Positions 1-13,456 of a stretch of 64,000 nucleotides of DNA are shown here, piece after piece. The translations under genes were made by a program, and so were the position numbers. This stretch comes from Piedraia hortae CBS 480.64. Taxonomy: Eukaryota. The notes below the pieces were generated by a model, which saw nothing but the letters and a program-made list of their open reading frames with translations, searched no databases and had not been told where the DNA came from. Numbering within the stretch: position 1 is the first letter of the stretch; every line of letters begins with the position of its first letter. The stretch lies in the NCBI GenBank assembly GCA_010093745.1, contig MU005962.1:372001-436000 (forward strand), in the 5' to 3' direction.

Positions 1-313
1 GCCCAACGAGAGCAGAAAGAGCTCAATCTACCGCGACAGCGAGTACTTTCAGTCAAATGGCCAGCGACACTCGTTGAATTGACTCTGAGTATATTGATGG
101 GCTGATGATACAAACGACGAATAAGGGGTCAGAGCTGCTCCAAGTGCTTCGCGGAGCAGAACTTTTGGACCTTTGCCTAATTACGTTAATCAAACCAAAT
201 GATGAATACTATTTGTACTGTATCTCGTGAATGTGGGCCTATATTGTTATAGCACGTGTGCGACTTGATACATGATGCAGCAAGACTACATAGGACTCTA
301 GTGTTTCACTATG

Positions 314-1992
314 CTATGCCCGCAAATACAGGCTCGGTAACCTTAGCTCTTCGATGTCTTTGATGACCAGATCAAAAGGAATCATACTGGACATACTTGT
401 AAAACTGTTTGAAGCGAACCCCAAGCCCATGATGGAAGCGGTGGGACTTCCCCAGTCGTCAGAGGACTCATCCAGCAAAACCATACTGCCCGAACCTCCA
501 AGTTGCAAGAAGAGTGGCTCGTTCGTGCCGTTAACAATGTCCCGGCAAAGTGCGTGTGTGGCCTTTTTTAAAGCTCGACAGGCACAACCATCCTAGAGTC
601 ATCTCGGAGATTTAGATGACAGGCTACGCGGTTTACCCGGCCGGCTGTCCACTGTGAGGTGCGCCCATATTTTACCACTTTGTATTCGCCCTCTGGGTAA
701 GCATTTTCCACTTGATAGCGTTGCTCAAATGGGGCAGCCTCATGGCAACCATGGGGTTGTGTGGGGTAGGCATCGAGAGATCCAGCGACGCTCGTAGCAT
801 GATTAGGCCCCATTTAAGGGCCCATTTCAGCCCGCGGCTAAAGGCACATCTCTCCACATCCTCCTTTCGCAATGAGGGTGGGTTGTCTGACCTGATGGTA
901 GTCTTCCTCGGCGGCAGTTTTACTTTCCACGGTATTCAGGTCATTCTCCAGAGTTTCAACGAACTTCGTGTGATCCTCGTTGGAAGGACTGAGCACCTCG
1001 ATGTTGTGAATAGGAGCAATGATACCACTGTTTGGTGATAGTGGTTCATATACGGCAGGAAAAGCGGGATTACATCCCAGGACGTGGTAATGTGTGAGCC
1101 CAAATAGGCCAAGATCTCTCCCGTATTTCGTTGTAAGCCTCAGACGGCCACCACGCATGCCAGAGCCGACTGAAACATCGGTGCTGATAGAAGCGCCTAG
1201 ATTCAAATCGGCATAAGACGTTGCATTCACCTTGGGGCCCAGTATTCCTGACCTTTCAGCGCATTTGTCGACTGCAAGCCTATTCAGATAGGACAACTCT
1301 ACCTCCTAGGTGCCCCTTTCTGATGCAAGCATCCATCGAATCGTCGGCAAAATTTAAATCCACCAGACGTCGTTATTCGCGTCGCTGATCGTGATGACAA
1401 TTGTTGCCTTGAAGGGATTGGGGTTGTGGCCGTTGATGCGGCTTGGACGCTGCCACAGCAAGTCGACCGTTAGCCAGTCCAAGTGGTCAAACACGGCAAA
1501 AATTCTCGAATGCAGCCTTGTCCAGGTTGTGATCTCGTCCCTGTCAGAAGGCACCATGGTGCGTGTTTTTAAGCCCCCTGGATGGACGTAAACGTTTAGC
1601 ACCTCAACATGGACATCATCGTATTTTTTTGAGCGTTTAGAATCGCCCTAATACGCCAGATTGCGTTCTCCCATATTTGGGCCGATCCTTCTGTGGCGAA
1701 ATCATTGACCAAGAGGAAGATTGTGAGAGGCCCGCTGCCAACAGGCTGGTTCTGGTGATATTGTCTGGCTAGCTTGGGACGTCCCCACAATACCGACCTG
1801 TTCTGCGCAAGCAGCATTCCGGATTAGCGGAAGGATTTGGTAGATTCCCTTCGTGCGATCACTTTGCTCTGTTGGTGTCGATAACACAGGCATTATCAAC
1901 AGTATCGGGTGGCCCATACGATACACCACGCGCTTGTCAATCCCAGAATTATGCATGTCATCGTTGTTACGAAAATCATGTTGGATAGTCAT
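314..1992 (-). pseudogene. Frameshifted remnant of a fungal trypsin-fold (Ssy5/S64-like) serine protease-like gene
   Basis: Collinear minus-strand fragments in different frames carry GLTHYHVL (His motif), VVKYGRTSQWTAGRVN and FLQLGGSGSMV (usually GDSGS), then IMGLGFA. Several stops and frameshifts lie between the fragments. Confidence 0.6.
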
Positions 1993-3048
1993 GGTGCCCC
2001 TAGACTTATTAAGTTTTACACCTACCCGGTCTGTGCCCGCTGGTAGATATTGTCAGAAGCTATAGCTCTTGGGTGTTCCAACCAGCTTGCCTGTGTAGAT
2101 CGCACAGGCTTTTCGTAGTCAATTTACCTTTTCGACAAAGTTTTTGGGGTCAACGTCACGTAGTAGTGTGACGTTGGCGAGTGCGGCCAATCGTCCCTAA
2201 GGGGCGGCTTGGCAGAGATGTCTTCTTCCTATCATAGCCAGTCCCACATACGCGGAACACCTCACTTCACGCCTTCTCAGAGCAATGCTCTCCGCCTGCA
2301 TAAACGTGCATTGAATCCGAACGTTTAACCACTCGGTTTTGAAGTCATGTGTAAGGAACGTGATTTGTAGGGTGCTTGACTCAGTGTGATGATTGCGACT
2401 AGGTGTGGTGGGTGACATCGACATAAGGCTTGGCACAAGTGTTCAGCACATCGGCCCACTACTGAACAAAAATCAGCCGGTGCGTGTACGTCATGCAGCG
2501 TGACTTGGTACGCCAATGTCCGATGTTACCGCCCCTCTCTTTCCGGCGTCTCTGAGGCTGCATTGTCTTTTCTCTCCTCTTAATGCGTTGTTCTCTGTCT
2601 CGTTTGCTTTCCATTGTCTTTTTATCTCCCAGCCTCCATCCCTCGTACCTTCCTGCCTCTCGTTCCTCATCCTCGGTCTTGCGCCATGAGGAAAGTCGTC
2701 ATGAGCTTATGACGCTACGACCTTTGGGAATCTCTCGCATTCCCTATAACGGTGTCCTGGATTCATTCAGCCACCTTCTTCAGCGTCTAGGTTTGCCTTG
2801 CGAGGCGACATAAGAGGCAAAGGCGGACAGGTGAAAAAGTCAACCGCCGCGCATGTGAATAGCTGCGCGTAGCGCTATGATTGGCCGATCTGCACTATGT
2901 AATTTACCGCCGTGGATATGGTTGTGTGGACTCTTCCCCGCAGCTGCAAGCAGCTTCCCGAGCCGCGTGGGACCCCCGCAGGGTTCCCAGAAGCCAATCC
3001 AGATTACACAGCTTGTACTCGATCCTGAATCCCTCACACGTCTGGACT

Positions 3049-3861
3049 ATGGTCATGAATTGGCTTGCTGTCCTTCAAGTTCCCGTTTTAATTTTCTCTT
3101 ACTGGAATGCATGTTCCTACCTGGCCAAGTCGGCCAGTGTGCTGCACGGTAGGAACATTAGCTTGCTCATTGCCCACCCAGATGATGAGGCCATGTTCTT
3201 TGCTCCTACTCTGCTTTCATTGACGAAACCGGAATTAAAGAACCAGGTCTCAATATATTGCTTAAGCAGTGGGAATGCAGACGGACTCGGATACGTGCGA
3301 CAGTCTGAACTTTACCAAAGTGCGCTTCAGCTGGGAGTCGAGTCGGGTGAACGCGTTACAATTATAGACGACGTGAAATTCCCCGACTCCATGATGGGAA
3401 TTTGGGATCCCGAACTCATTTCCAATGAGCTAGCAAAAAACCTTGCAAGCATTAACACCATAATCACTTTTGATGAACGCGGGATCAGCCAGCATCCTAA
3501 CCACATCTCGCTGTTTCACGGCGCAAGGCGCTTCATACAGCAATCTCAAGCACCAATCCAGCTATACACACTTAGTTCTGTCAACATTGTGCGGAAGTAC
3601 AGCAGCATATTGGACTCTATCTGGACTTTATTGCATTCGACTTGGAGGAACTTCTCTGCTCGTAATAACCTAAAATGCGGCGATTTGCCAGCAGTGCTTG
3701 TGACAGTTAGCACGCCAGCAGATGTGCGCAGAGCCCAAAAAGCTATGACAACAGCTCATCGCAGCCAGATGCGGTGGTTCAGGTGGGGATGGATAGGGTT
3801 AAGTCGGTACATGGTTGTCAATGATCTTCAACTGTCTTGCAACGGCCAGAGCGGGCAATAG
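3049..3861 (+). CDS. GPI12: N-acetylglucosaminyl-phosphatidylinositol de-N-acetylase (PIG-L/Gpi12)
   Basis: N-terminal hydrophobic segment, LLIAHPDDEAMFFAP, GNADGLG, ITFD..GISQHPNH and AHRSQMRWFRWGWI motifs. ATG at 3049 or 3055; intronless. Confidence 0.93.
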   Translation: MVMNWLAVLQVPVLIFSYWNACSYLAKSASVLHGRNISLLIAHPDDEAMFFAPTLLSLTKPELKNQVSIYCLSSGNADGLGYVRQSELYQSALQLGVESGERVTIIDDVKFPDSMMGIWDPELISNELAKNLASINTIITFDERGISQHPNHISLFHGARRFIQQSQAPIQLYTLSSVNIVRKYSSILDSIWTLLHSTWRNFSARNNLKCGDLPAVLVTVSTPADVRRAQKAMTTAHRSQMRWFRWGWIGLSRYMVVNDLQLSCNGQSGQ

Positions 3862-4387
3862 TGCCGGCATACAGGCGTTCATGCGGCAGCGAGATCACAC
3901 AACATGTAGGGGCAAACGCTGCACGGATCAGCGATGAAGTCGGGCGTGGGGGTGGGAGGGGGGCCCCGCTTGGACTGTCATTCGGCAATGGCGCGTAACG
4001 GAGGAAGGAACGGTGCGTGCGCTTGGCCCAAAAAGGAAGTGATGATCACAACGCCCGCGTCCGAAAGCAAGGTTTTTGTGTTTTGGGGTATGAAACCAAG
4101 AATGACGCCCGAGAATAACGGGGCAGCGTGATTGGCCCATCCACCAATACGCCTTCCTGGCACGCGGGCCGACGTCTATTCAGACGCACGTGTTCGGTCA
4201 AAAGATCCTCACCATCCCGTCCCCTCCCCCCGTTGCCCGGACCGGACGGTTATGACCTGATCATCTGCCCCGTCCCCGGACGCGCTGCGCCAGCGGATAG
4301 TTGAATGGCGCAACGTCTGCGCCTGAACCCAGATATTCCCTCGGTCGATCACCCGAACTCTCTCCGTACGCTCAATTCGGATCAGCA

Positions 4388-7383
4388 ATGTCTCTGAATG
4401 GGTTGGATACTGCAGCTGTGCAGGAGGCATACGCGGCCTCGCTGGCAGACCCCGGAGTATGGTCAGTAAGATCAGAACAGAGGAAGAATCACGCACTGAA
4501 CAGGATACAGGTTTGTGCTAAAATACTCTGCGCGTGACTGCGTCGAGCTCCTCGGACGTGGCAAGGGCGGCGTGCACGAAGCGCGCACCACCATTACCCA
4601 ATACACGGAGCCCTCACCCCTCTATGGGCTCGTCACGTATCGACGGCGGAAGGTGCTGTTCAAATACACCCCCGAAGGCACCTCGAGGCTGTTGCAAGGT
4701 AGGCATTTAAGGAACCACGGCTCGGGCCACGGCTGATGATGCAGCTCGCACTGTCGTCCATTTTCAAGACGTTCTCGAACAATTTTCTCCCTATGAAACC
4801 TATCTTGAATTTACCACCCCCGAGTCTCTCAACGACACTGCTTTGGCATCATCTTTCCCGCTTCACACCGCATCACCCATTGCCTCTGCCTCTTCCACCC
4901 GCCTCAACGAGATTGCAGAGGATGGTGATGAGGTTAGCACTTTTGCGGTGCGGCCTCAAACTGGCCATTCGTCGAGCAGCAGCGTCTTTGGATTCCAAAG
5001 ATATGTGTCCGAAAAGCGCGTGGAGCGTATCATGGGCGGGGGGGGGACTGAACGTCCGCGGTGGTCGGGATCGTCGGCGGCGTTTGGGTTAAGGCCGCCT
5101 TCGCCCCTCACATTACAACCGTCGGTGGCGCCACCAGTCTTGGCACACGATGAGGCGAATCCGCCTGATTCTGATTCTGTAGTTGCTCCCGACCAGCAGC
5201 CTTCTGTTGTCATTGTGCCAGCGCCTGCCGAGCCTCCAGATATTGCGACACATCCAGCGCTTCGAGCGCCGGTCGAAATGGAAGGGATTGATTGGAGCAA
5301 GTTTGACCCCAAGCCCAAGACCAAACTGGGACCCCGTCCTGTGTTGGCCGACGAACTCACCAAGCGTCCGTTGGTGGCCACTGTCTCTACTATTCCTGCA
5401 TCTGTCCGGTCTCCACAAAAGAAGCAGGAACGGATGCGGCCAGCGTTTCATGAGGCAGCTAGGGCCATGCAACCCACGTCACCGGGTACGCATCCTGCGC
5501 CATCGAGCGATATGGCAGAGACCATGTCACGACCAATGTCTCGGGGTAGCATTACGTCCATGTCGTCTCGGAAATCGAGCATGCACAGTATGCACAGCAC
5601 CGACAGGGCGCGGTTGCTGAAGGCGGTGGAGCTGCGACAGCGACAGGTGCAACAGAAAATGCGGTCCATGTCACAAGACACTGTGCAGAGCGTTATCTCG
5701 GAGGAAAATGGCCAACGTGGCCCGCAGGTCGCAGAGCATCCTGCAGTAACGTTACAAGAGGAACCACTCAGGGAAAAAGAACGCCTTCAAGAAAAGGAGC
5801 CGCGAGCGGTTTCCGAAAAGGCCGATTCAGGCTTCGAAATCCCCGACTTAAACCCGAGGGACAATGGCAAATCAGAAGACGCAGGACGACCAGTTGTGGA
5901 TTCCCAAGAGCCACAGGCAACGACTGGAGTCGAGGCAACCGAGCTTACTGTAGCGCTAGATACCAAATCCATCCCTGCTTTGCGCACAGAGGATGTCTCT
6001 ACTCAGCTACCCCAGAGCGAAGAGCCGCCTTCGGTTGCTCGCAAGAACAGCTCCTCGGCTCGGCGACGTAGGGGGTTGTTGGTGTCTTTGCACGTCGAGA
6101 CGGACTGTGAACTTGACCCGGAGGAGCTGCAACAACTGAAAAATGCTACCGTTGAGCAAGCGACACCCGTCACTCTGTCTCGCTCGCCAGTAACGGTGTC
6201 CCCTGAAAGACGTCCAAGTCTCTTCAGTAGTAAATCCAACAGCTCCGTCAAATCAATTGACATCCGGAAACCCGCTTCGCCGAAGCCACCCGACCTGCCT
6301 GGGGAGGCTCTCTCTCCCCAGCGTGTCCCCTCCACGTCTAGCCAGAAGAGCGATGTGCGAAGTGGAGTGAAGCGTAACGTTTCGGCTGACATCACGCGAC
6401 GGATTCAAACACTGGCGGAGGCATCATCGAGCAAGGAATGTCTGACGCCGCCCAGGGTCCAATCTCCGGATTTGCTCCCGCCTGGACGCATCCGCAGTCC
6501 CCCTCCTAAGTTTCCCAGATCAAGGACGCCGGTTCAGTTTGAGACGAAGCACGCATCGCAAGTGCGGCAAGGGACGGAAAGCAGTGCAGAGTCGGTTTCG
6601 GTCAAGGCTCGCATTGTGCGTCCGAACATGACAGGAGAGTCGTCAACGGACGTCCTTCAACAGCCCCAATTGGTGATTGACCACAAGCGCGCATCTCAGC
6701 CAAAACCGCAAGACAAGCCCTCTTTCTCCCCACAACCAGAGCTTGCAAATGGTTCTACTCGTAATATACATTTCGAGCGACCGGATACGCTCCAAATGGT
6801 TGTACGGTCTACTTTTACCGAGAATCTTACATCTCCCGTCCGTGGGCCATCGCGTGGATCTTCGGTATCTACAGATCAGCAGACAATCACAAGTGCCAAC
6901 TCGGGCTCAAAGGAGAAGGAGGGAAATAGGGCAAGCCGTTTCATCAAGCGGATGAGTCATTTGGGTGCCAAGAGAAGAAGTCAGCAACCCCTAGCCTCCA
7001 CTCCCAAGGACAAAAGCGTCATCCTGGGCAATCTCAATGTCCAATTTCCCGACTCTTTGCTCTGGAAGCGTCGACACGCGTCGGTTGATGAACAATCGTA
7101 CATCGTCTTCTCCAACCTGGACTCTATTACGGCTGAAAGTAGGGGGATTGCCGCCCGCAAGTTCAAGCTCGACGAGTTTCGCGAACCATTTATCCCTGAT
7201 CTGGATAGAGAAGAGCTTGCACATTCAATCGTTCTTGATTCTGCACTGGATGGCAGTTGTCTTCAAGTCGCATGCGCGGACGCGACAGCGCAAAAGGTGG
7301 TGCTGGGCAAGCTGGTTGAAAGATGGAAACTGGCTACCGCTCTCCCGCCTTCCCCTGCACCCAATCTTCCTGCGTGGTCGTAA
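4388..7383 (+). CDS. Protein with N-terminal ADF-H (cofilin/drebrin-like) domain, long Ser/Pro-rich region and C-terminal PH-like domain
   Basis: ATG 4388 MSLNGLD...PGVW, GT-AG intron 4462-4510, FVLKYSARD...RRRKVLFKYTPEGTSRLLQ, intron 4699-4744, ARTVVHFQ joining the 846-aa ORF. C-terminal LNVQFPDSLLWKRR...PFIPDLDREELAHSIVL resembles a PH domain. Confidence 0.75.
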
Positions 7384-7518
7384 GGCATTGGAGTTTCTTA
7401 ACGCAATTTTTGTCTAGATGGAATTGTACATAATGGATAGTTATGGGTAGTTAGATGAACTGAGACAAAGAAAGTAATAGAGTCATTTCAATCGAATGTA
7501 CGTGTCCTGTATTCACAT

Positions 7519-8654
7519 CTACAATTCATCCTTCACAGTCTCCTCGCCAACGAACTTGGAAAGAATGTTGGACCTGCTTGTCAAGTCATCCACCTTTGCC
7601 GGTGCAAGGCCTCCCTTGGCCAGCATACCACGAAGCCTCTTCAGCTCCTTCTCAACATATTTCTCGTTTTGCTCGGCCTTCTTGGCAACCTTGGCATAGT
7701 ATTGCGCATAAGCACCTTTAGCTTCGCCCGCAGCCCTTTCCAGCTCAGTGTAGGCTTCATTTCCCCCGCTTTTGAGCTTCGAGACGAGCTCGTCCAAGCT
7801 GGGGATCGTCCCGGCGAGGGTATCAAGACCGCCTCCGGCCACACGATGGGTGCCAACCTTTTCGTTGATGAAACTGACCAGGTCATTTTCAGAGCGGCCC
7901 CCCGTATACGGGATTGCGGTTTTGTTGTTCTTGGCGTAGAAGTTGATGGTGGGATAGGAGCGCACACCGGCTTCTTGGGCCGTGGCCTTTGCATTTTCAG
8001 CTTCGCAGTCGACCTTGGCGATCAATACATCGGGCTCTGAGGCGAAGTCTTTGGCTAATTTCTCCCAGGTCGGCGCAAGAGATTTGCAATCTGTATTGTT
8101 CCAGTCAGCCTGAGGTTCAACCGTGAGAATGGAAGATACCTACGGCCACACCACGGTGCGGTGAACGCTACCAAAGCGGCTTTGTTGCCACCAACCAACG
8201 ATTTGAAGGTTGTATCGCTCAACATCTCCACCGCCGAAGGCGCAGTCGCCTTTCCACGGGGTTTGATGCCCGTCTTGTCGGTAATGAACTTGGCCAAGCT
8301 CTCCAAATCCCGTCCACTGTTATAGTCGCTCGGCTTATCGGTCTTCCCATCGAACCACTTCAGCGTAGGGAAACCCTGGATGCCGAACCTCTGACCCAGA
8401 TCCTTCTCAGCATCGGCGTCAACCTTGGCGATGGTTACTTTACTATCCGCAAATGCAAACTTCTCCGCAAGCTCCTCATAAACCGGTGCGAGGTTCTTGC
8501 AGTGGCCACACCAGGGTGCGAAGAACTCCACCAAAGCTGGCTTGCCGGATTTCAAAACGACTTCGTCAAAGTTGGACGGCGTAAGGTCCTTTACCGCCGA
8601 CGCCGCGCTGAACGCCGCAAAGGCCGTGAACAGAAACGTGGTGAGACGGGCCAT
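7519..8654 (-). CDS. tigA: Protein disulfide-isomerase of the TigA/ERp38 type
   Basis: Signal peptide, two APWCGHCK active sites (the second split by intron 8143-8091), helical ERp29-like C-terminus, terminal KDEL. Confidence 0.93.
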
Positions 8655-8730
8655 GATGATGCCCAGGTTATTTCCTCAGAGTTGCAACCTGGACACAAAG
8701 CTCGAGTTGTAACTTTCGAAAGGACATTGC

Positions 8731-8740
8731 GTCACGTGAC
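8731..8740. promoter_or_regulatory. Palindromic GTCACGTGAC (CACGTG core; Cbf1/bHLH or UPR bZIP-type element) about 80 bp upstream of the PDI start
   Basis: Perfect 10-bp palindrome at 8731-8740; function inferred from motif and position only. Confidence 0.4.
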
Positions 8741-9520
8741 TTGCGGATACGTTTCATTTGTGGGGCTGTTTCCGGCACAAGACTGCTGCGCCTTTGTTTC
8801 TGCCTTGTTAATTGGTTGGTTTTCAATCTCCAACTTTGTAAACCGAAGGATTCGTATGTTGACAAAGGGAAGGTTGAATATCAAATGTGGAAAATTGAGG
8901 TGCCAGCTGTCGACCACAATGTTGGCAACAATAACTTGAGGGGAGCCTCTTGCACTCAAACATGTAGGCGTTTATCCTTTGTGATACAGCTCTTGCTCTC
9001 AAATTGGAAAGAACATTTTCCATGCTCAATGTGTTCAAAGGCTCGTGGGCCTTTCCTTCCTTTTCCTCGGCACATCGAAATCAACGTGAAAAGTTTTCTT
9101 TACAGTGTAATGCTTGGCAGTGGTTCCGGCCCGTTCCGCCCTTGCATTCTTTTTTGCGAGACAGAAAAAAGTTGAGCTCCAACGTACAAAGTGTGTCTTC
9201 GAACTTGAACCATTCCAAGGTCTTCGTTCCATCCAGCATTTATACTGTGTGTAGATTCTAGACTGGATCACAAACTGGACCTGAAGACTTGCATACACGC
9301 ACATTCACGGAAACTTCTAGTACGAGGCTGCATCTTGATGCCCACATGAGATTGGATTTGATGAGAGCTTGCTATACGCGCTTGGGTCAAGCCAATGATA
9401 TGGTCATCTCACTTCCGAAACTTCGCTGGCGTGGTTTCAACAATATCCAATTGGACAATATCTACAGACGTGGCACCTCGCTTTTATATCCGCTCGCGCT
9501 AAATTCGGGTATCTTTTCAA

Positions 9521-10981
9521 CTATACGCTAATCGTCTTAAACACCTCAAATCCATTCCCACCGGTGGCCATGACAGCACCAGGAATCTGGGGGTGCCAGT
9601 GACTCTCTTTTACATTGGGCATATAGTGTAAGAACAAAAGGGTGGGCGGCACGTCCTTGACGTCAGCTGTATACCTGCTTTCTTCGTCGTCTACTTCGAC
9701 AGCCAGATCCCACAGCGACAGTGTACTGTCGCCAGCGCAGACGGAAATTATGGAATTGTCTGTGGGATGCCATTCCAATGAGGTTATTTGCTCTTTGTGG
9801 AAAGAGAAGTGTGCTATGGGCTTGGAAGTGGCTGCTGTGCTGGGAGATTTCCATTGACGAAGATCCCATACGGACCAAGTGCCGTCATCATGTCCTGATG
9901 CCAAGAGGTAATGAGTATGGTGTGACCAACCCAGCACGTTGGCGTCGCTGGTCGACACATTGACTGAAACCGCGTGTGTGCGGTTCTTGGAACGTGCGTC
10001 CCAGATCTTGACTGTGCCGTCGCTGGAAGCACTGGCAAAAACGTTTTGTTCATTGGGAGACCATTGAACCTCTTCTACAGAGCCTGTGTGTCCTTTGTAA
10101 GGTGTTGTGTCAGTTACGAACCCACCGCCATCTGTGCCTTGAGTTATGTACATGGAGCCAACCGAATCGCCCGTCAGCAGCTTTTTCGCCCCTTGAATCG
10201 GTGACCAGTCTAGCGCGTAGCCTTCGTTTTTTTTGTGGGCCCGCACTGTATAGAGCGGCTTAGATGCAGCAGCTGGTATTTGGAAACCAGGTTTATCAAA
10301 GGATTGGAGATGCGCAGTCACGTTGTGGATAAGAATTTCTCCTGATTCTTGCATGGCTGCTGTGACGGTTGTGGGGGACGATGAGGCTTGCGATTGGTGT
10401 GCGCGGATTCGGTTGGTAGTTGAAGTCAGCGAAATGCCCTTGCATTCCAGGACTGGGTCGGACATTTCCACATCATCGTCCTCGTCATCTGAGTTCGTGT
10501 TTTCGGCGTCTTCGCTGGGCCCCAAGCCCGATAGCTTCATCACCATCAGCTGGTTCTCTCTCTCGCGCCCTGCTGCCGCCTGGGTGCCAGCTACGGCATA
10601 GACTGTCGCTGGAAACGACCGCCGTCCTTCGCCCAGGCTGTCTTTTACGATGTCAAAGGATAGGCAAGGCCAGGTTGTCCCCAGTCCATGCCGCATCACG
10701 TAGGCCGTCGGGTCGGGCTCCAGTGTCTGGCCCTCGTCCAATCTGTGGCGGCCGGGAATAAAAGTCTCGCGGTCAACTTCCATGGCGCCGCTGGCCTTTT
10801 CTTCTGCCTCTCGTTCGGCATCCGGCCGTCCATCCACACCGGCCTCGAAAATTTCATCTTCGCTCTCATATTCATCCTCAAACTCGTCTTCAAACTGCTG
10901 GTCGTCGGCCACATCCTCTGCTTGGCGATCGCCGGCCTTGAGCGGCCGGCTAGGTTCGGTTTCTGCTGCGCGCTTTGCCAT
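9521..10981 (-). CDS. RRB1: WD40 ribosome assembly protein Rrb1/GRWD1
   Basis: Acidic N-terminus, [51 protein letters not shown], ends [13 protein letters not shown] at 10981 (MAKRAAE); intronless. Confidence 0.93.
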   Translation of the reverse strand: MAKRAAETEPSRPLKAGDRQAEDVADDQQFEDEFEDEYESEDEIFEAGVDGRPDAEREAEEKASGAMEVDRETFIPGRHRLDEGQTLEPDPTAYVMRHGLGTTWPCLSFDIVKDSLGEGRRSFPATVYAVAGTQAAAGRERENQLMVMKLSGLGPSEDAENTNSDDEDDDVEMSDPVLECKGISLTSTTNRIRAHQSQASSSPTTVTAAMQESGEILIHNVTAHLQSFDKPGFQIPAAASKPLYTVRAHKKNEGYALDWSPIQGAKKLLTGDSVGSMYITQGTDGGGFVTDTTPYKGHTGSVEEVQWSPNEQNVFASASSDGTVKIWDARSKNRTHAVSVNVSTSDANVLGWSHHTHYLLASGHDDGTWSVWDLRQWKSPSTAATSKPIAHFSFHKEQITSLEWHPTDNSIISVCAGDSTLSLWDLAVEVDDEESRYTADVKDVPPTLLFLHYMPNVKESHWHPQIPGAVMATGGNGFEVFKTISV

Positions 10982-11295
10982 CAAGAGGGAGCTGTATGCG
11001 TGTGTGGTTGACCGTCTTGGCAACAAATTCCAAAGTGGGCAGTGGCTCAGCGCGGGCCGAGCCGCCCGATCGCCAGCACCGCCTCGCGTCCAACAACACG
11101 CCGTGCCGCCGACCAAATTTCCCGCGCATCTGCCTCTGCAACACTCTTGCCGCGGAATGCATACGGACTGTTTGCATCCTTAAACCGAGCGACCACCTTC
11201 CCGCCTCTCTGTTTGCTGTCCGCTTTAGCTGTCAACCCTCTACACTCCGTTCCCGCCCTCCCTCTGCGCCTCTCGCGACCTCCACCCGTCGCACG

Positions 11296-12253
11296 ATGGA
11301 CGACGCTTCACAGGCCGGCGCTGGCAGCACGCGCCACACACCTGTTGAAGAGGCCAACATGCACACGATCACAGCGTCGACGATGCAAAGCCCGCACTAC
11401 GATCCGCGACCGCCGACGAGTTACTCCGACACCAGCTATTCGCGGCCGTATGCACCTTCAGAGGCCGCGGGCGAACCCATGTCCGGTGTCAACGCGCCGA
11501 GCAGACCGCCCAGCACGCCGGCGCAAGGCTACAGCCAGGACAGCCAGCGGCAGGCGGCGCAGAAGAACTCGAGCGTGGTGATCAAAGTGGGTATGGTTGG
11601 CGATGCACAGATTGGGAAGACGAGCTTGATGGTTAAGTATGTGGAGGGAAGCTGGGACGAGGACTACATTCAGACGCTGGGTAAGGCTCGGCCCCGGTGC
11701 GGAACCCGCGACCTGCATTGCTGACGGCGGCCAGGCGTGAACTTCATGGAAAAGACCATCTCGATCCGTAACACGGAAATCACCTTCTCCATCTGGGATC
11801 TGGGCGGCCAGCGCGAGTTCGTCAACATGCTGCCGCTCGTCTGCAACGACGCCGTAGCCATCCTCTTCATGTTCGACCTGACGCGCAAGTCTACGCTAAA
11901 CAGCATCAAGGAATGGTACCGCCAGGGCCGTGGCTTCAACAAGACGGCCATCCCGTTCTTGGTTGGCACCAAATACGACCACTTTGTCAATTTCCCGCGC
12001 GAGGAGCAGGAGGAGATCAGCATGCAGGCTAAGAGGTTTGCAAAAGCCATGAAGGCCTCCCTCATCTTCTCTAGCACCAGCCACTCCATCAACGTGCAAA
12101 AGGCAAGTATCGATATCTATATGTAACCCTCAGCTTGACTAACAGCCGTAGATTTTCAAAATCGTGCTCTCCAAAGCCTTTGACCTGCGCTGCACGATTC
12201 CAGAAATCGAAAACGTCGGTGAGCCCCTGTTGCTCTACCAATCCGTTGGGTGA
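11296..12253 (+). CDS. SPG1: Septation initiation/mitotic exit GTPase Spg1/Tem1
   Basis: [48 protein letters not shown]-terminal [29 protein letters not shown]. Introns 11681-11734 (GT-AG) and 12103-12151 (GC-AG). Confidence 0.95.
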
Positions 12254-12994
12254 GAGCCTCTTGATGACCTAACGTCCCCCGGGACCCACGATTGACGCAC
12301 CTGTACGTTGGCCATAGACGCGCGAGCATGATTGGCACATTATTGGTTTCGGCTGGCAGCATCAGGTATCCTGTTGGCTCCTTTATGTGGCCTGGTTTTT
12401 CTCTCAACGCGTTCGAGTTATCGTCGAGTAATGCAGCAGCACCTAACCTGATATTTCCATATTCCTCCCTTGCTCCCTCCCTAATATGTTACAGTAGATC
12501 TTATCCTCAGCCCTACAATGATCGGCATATGAAGGTTTGACAGATCAGATCGGGGCTAATGTCGATCCGAACCCTGCATTCATTTGTGACGGCGAAATGA
12601 AAATGATTTGTGGTCTCAGTGTGGCTTAGCCAGAGGATTTCATTTCGAATTTCGGAATTTGCCGTCTCCGTCGGAAATGTTTCCGCCTGCGTGATCATCG
12701 CCTATGTAATATTTGCATCGACATCAAAGCGCGTAAGTTATAACACCTCAGTCCAATAGCCTTCAGTAGTAAGCAAGCGGAAAAGATGAAGGGGGAGACG
12801 ACAAATTTTCAAATTCGAAATGGAATCTTCTGGGCTTAGCTATAGAGCGGACCCGGGCCTTCCCGTTGCTCCACTTTTCCAAACTTAACCAGCGCCACTA
12901 CATCAGCCCTTGGCCGGTTTGTGGCCAGTCTGTGGACAGCTTTGTCTCGTGTTCGTCAACTCAGTTTTACGGCTACATAACTGCAATGCCCCAC

Positions 12995-13456
12995 TTATTG
13001 ACCGCCTCCCTTTCTCTCGCGGGATCCCTTGTCCTCGTCATCCAGGATCTGCTGGTAGATTGTTGTGACCTCATCGGGATACCCGAAATCCCAGTCGGAC
13101 CAAGCCAATTCTTCGGGACGGGGTTCTTCGACAGGGTTGTCGTCATGCTTGCGGTTGTACTCTCGGAATGCCGCAATACGCAGCCCTGTTATGTAAGGCG
13201 TTGCGGGTATCTCGAACTCTTCAATTTGCTTGTGGCTGAAAGGGCGGTTCGTTGCGCTCATATTCCGTGATGATGTACGGCCACGCTGGATGTCCCCATG
13301 CTCTTCGGAATTATGTTCGTTGAGTAAGCCTTGCGCTCGATTTTGAGCTAAGTGCGTGCCATTAACGTCGCTCACAACCCCTTCTTTTTCGGTTCCTTTG
13401 CCATGATCCTCAAACAAAAGCAGCTCATCTTTGCTCACATCTGAGTCTTTCATCAT
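12995..13456 (-). pseudogene. Hypothetical acidic ORF, probably part of a decayed gene spanning about 12.5-14.0 kb
   Basis: 153-aa ATG ORF with protein-like composition, flanked by stop-interrupted protein-like fragments; no recognisable family. Confidence 0.3.

Noticed and set aside
2520..2820. Pyrimidine-rich tract reading as a charged peptide on the minus strand (possible transposase tail)
   Set aside because: No diagnostic motif or terminal repeat found.
2881..3048. Extended N-terminus of the GPI12 ORF
   Set aside because: Starts at TTG; family-like sequence begins at the ATG at 3049/3055.
10975..11295. N-terminal extensions of the SPG1 and RRB1 ORFs that appear to overlap head to head
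   Set aside because: They come from TTG/GTG starts in a GC-rich divergent promoter; the plausible ATGs (10981 and 11296) do not overlap.
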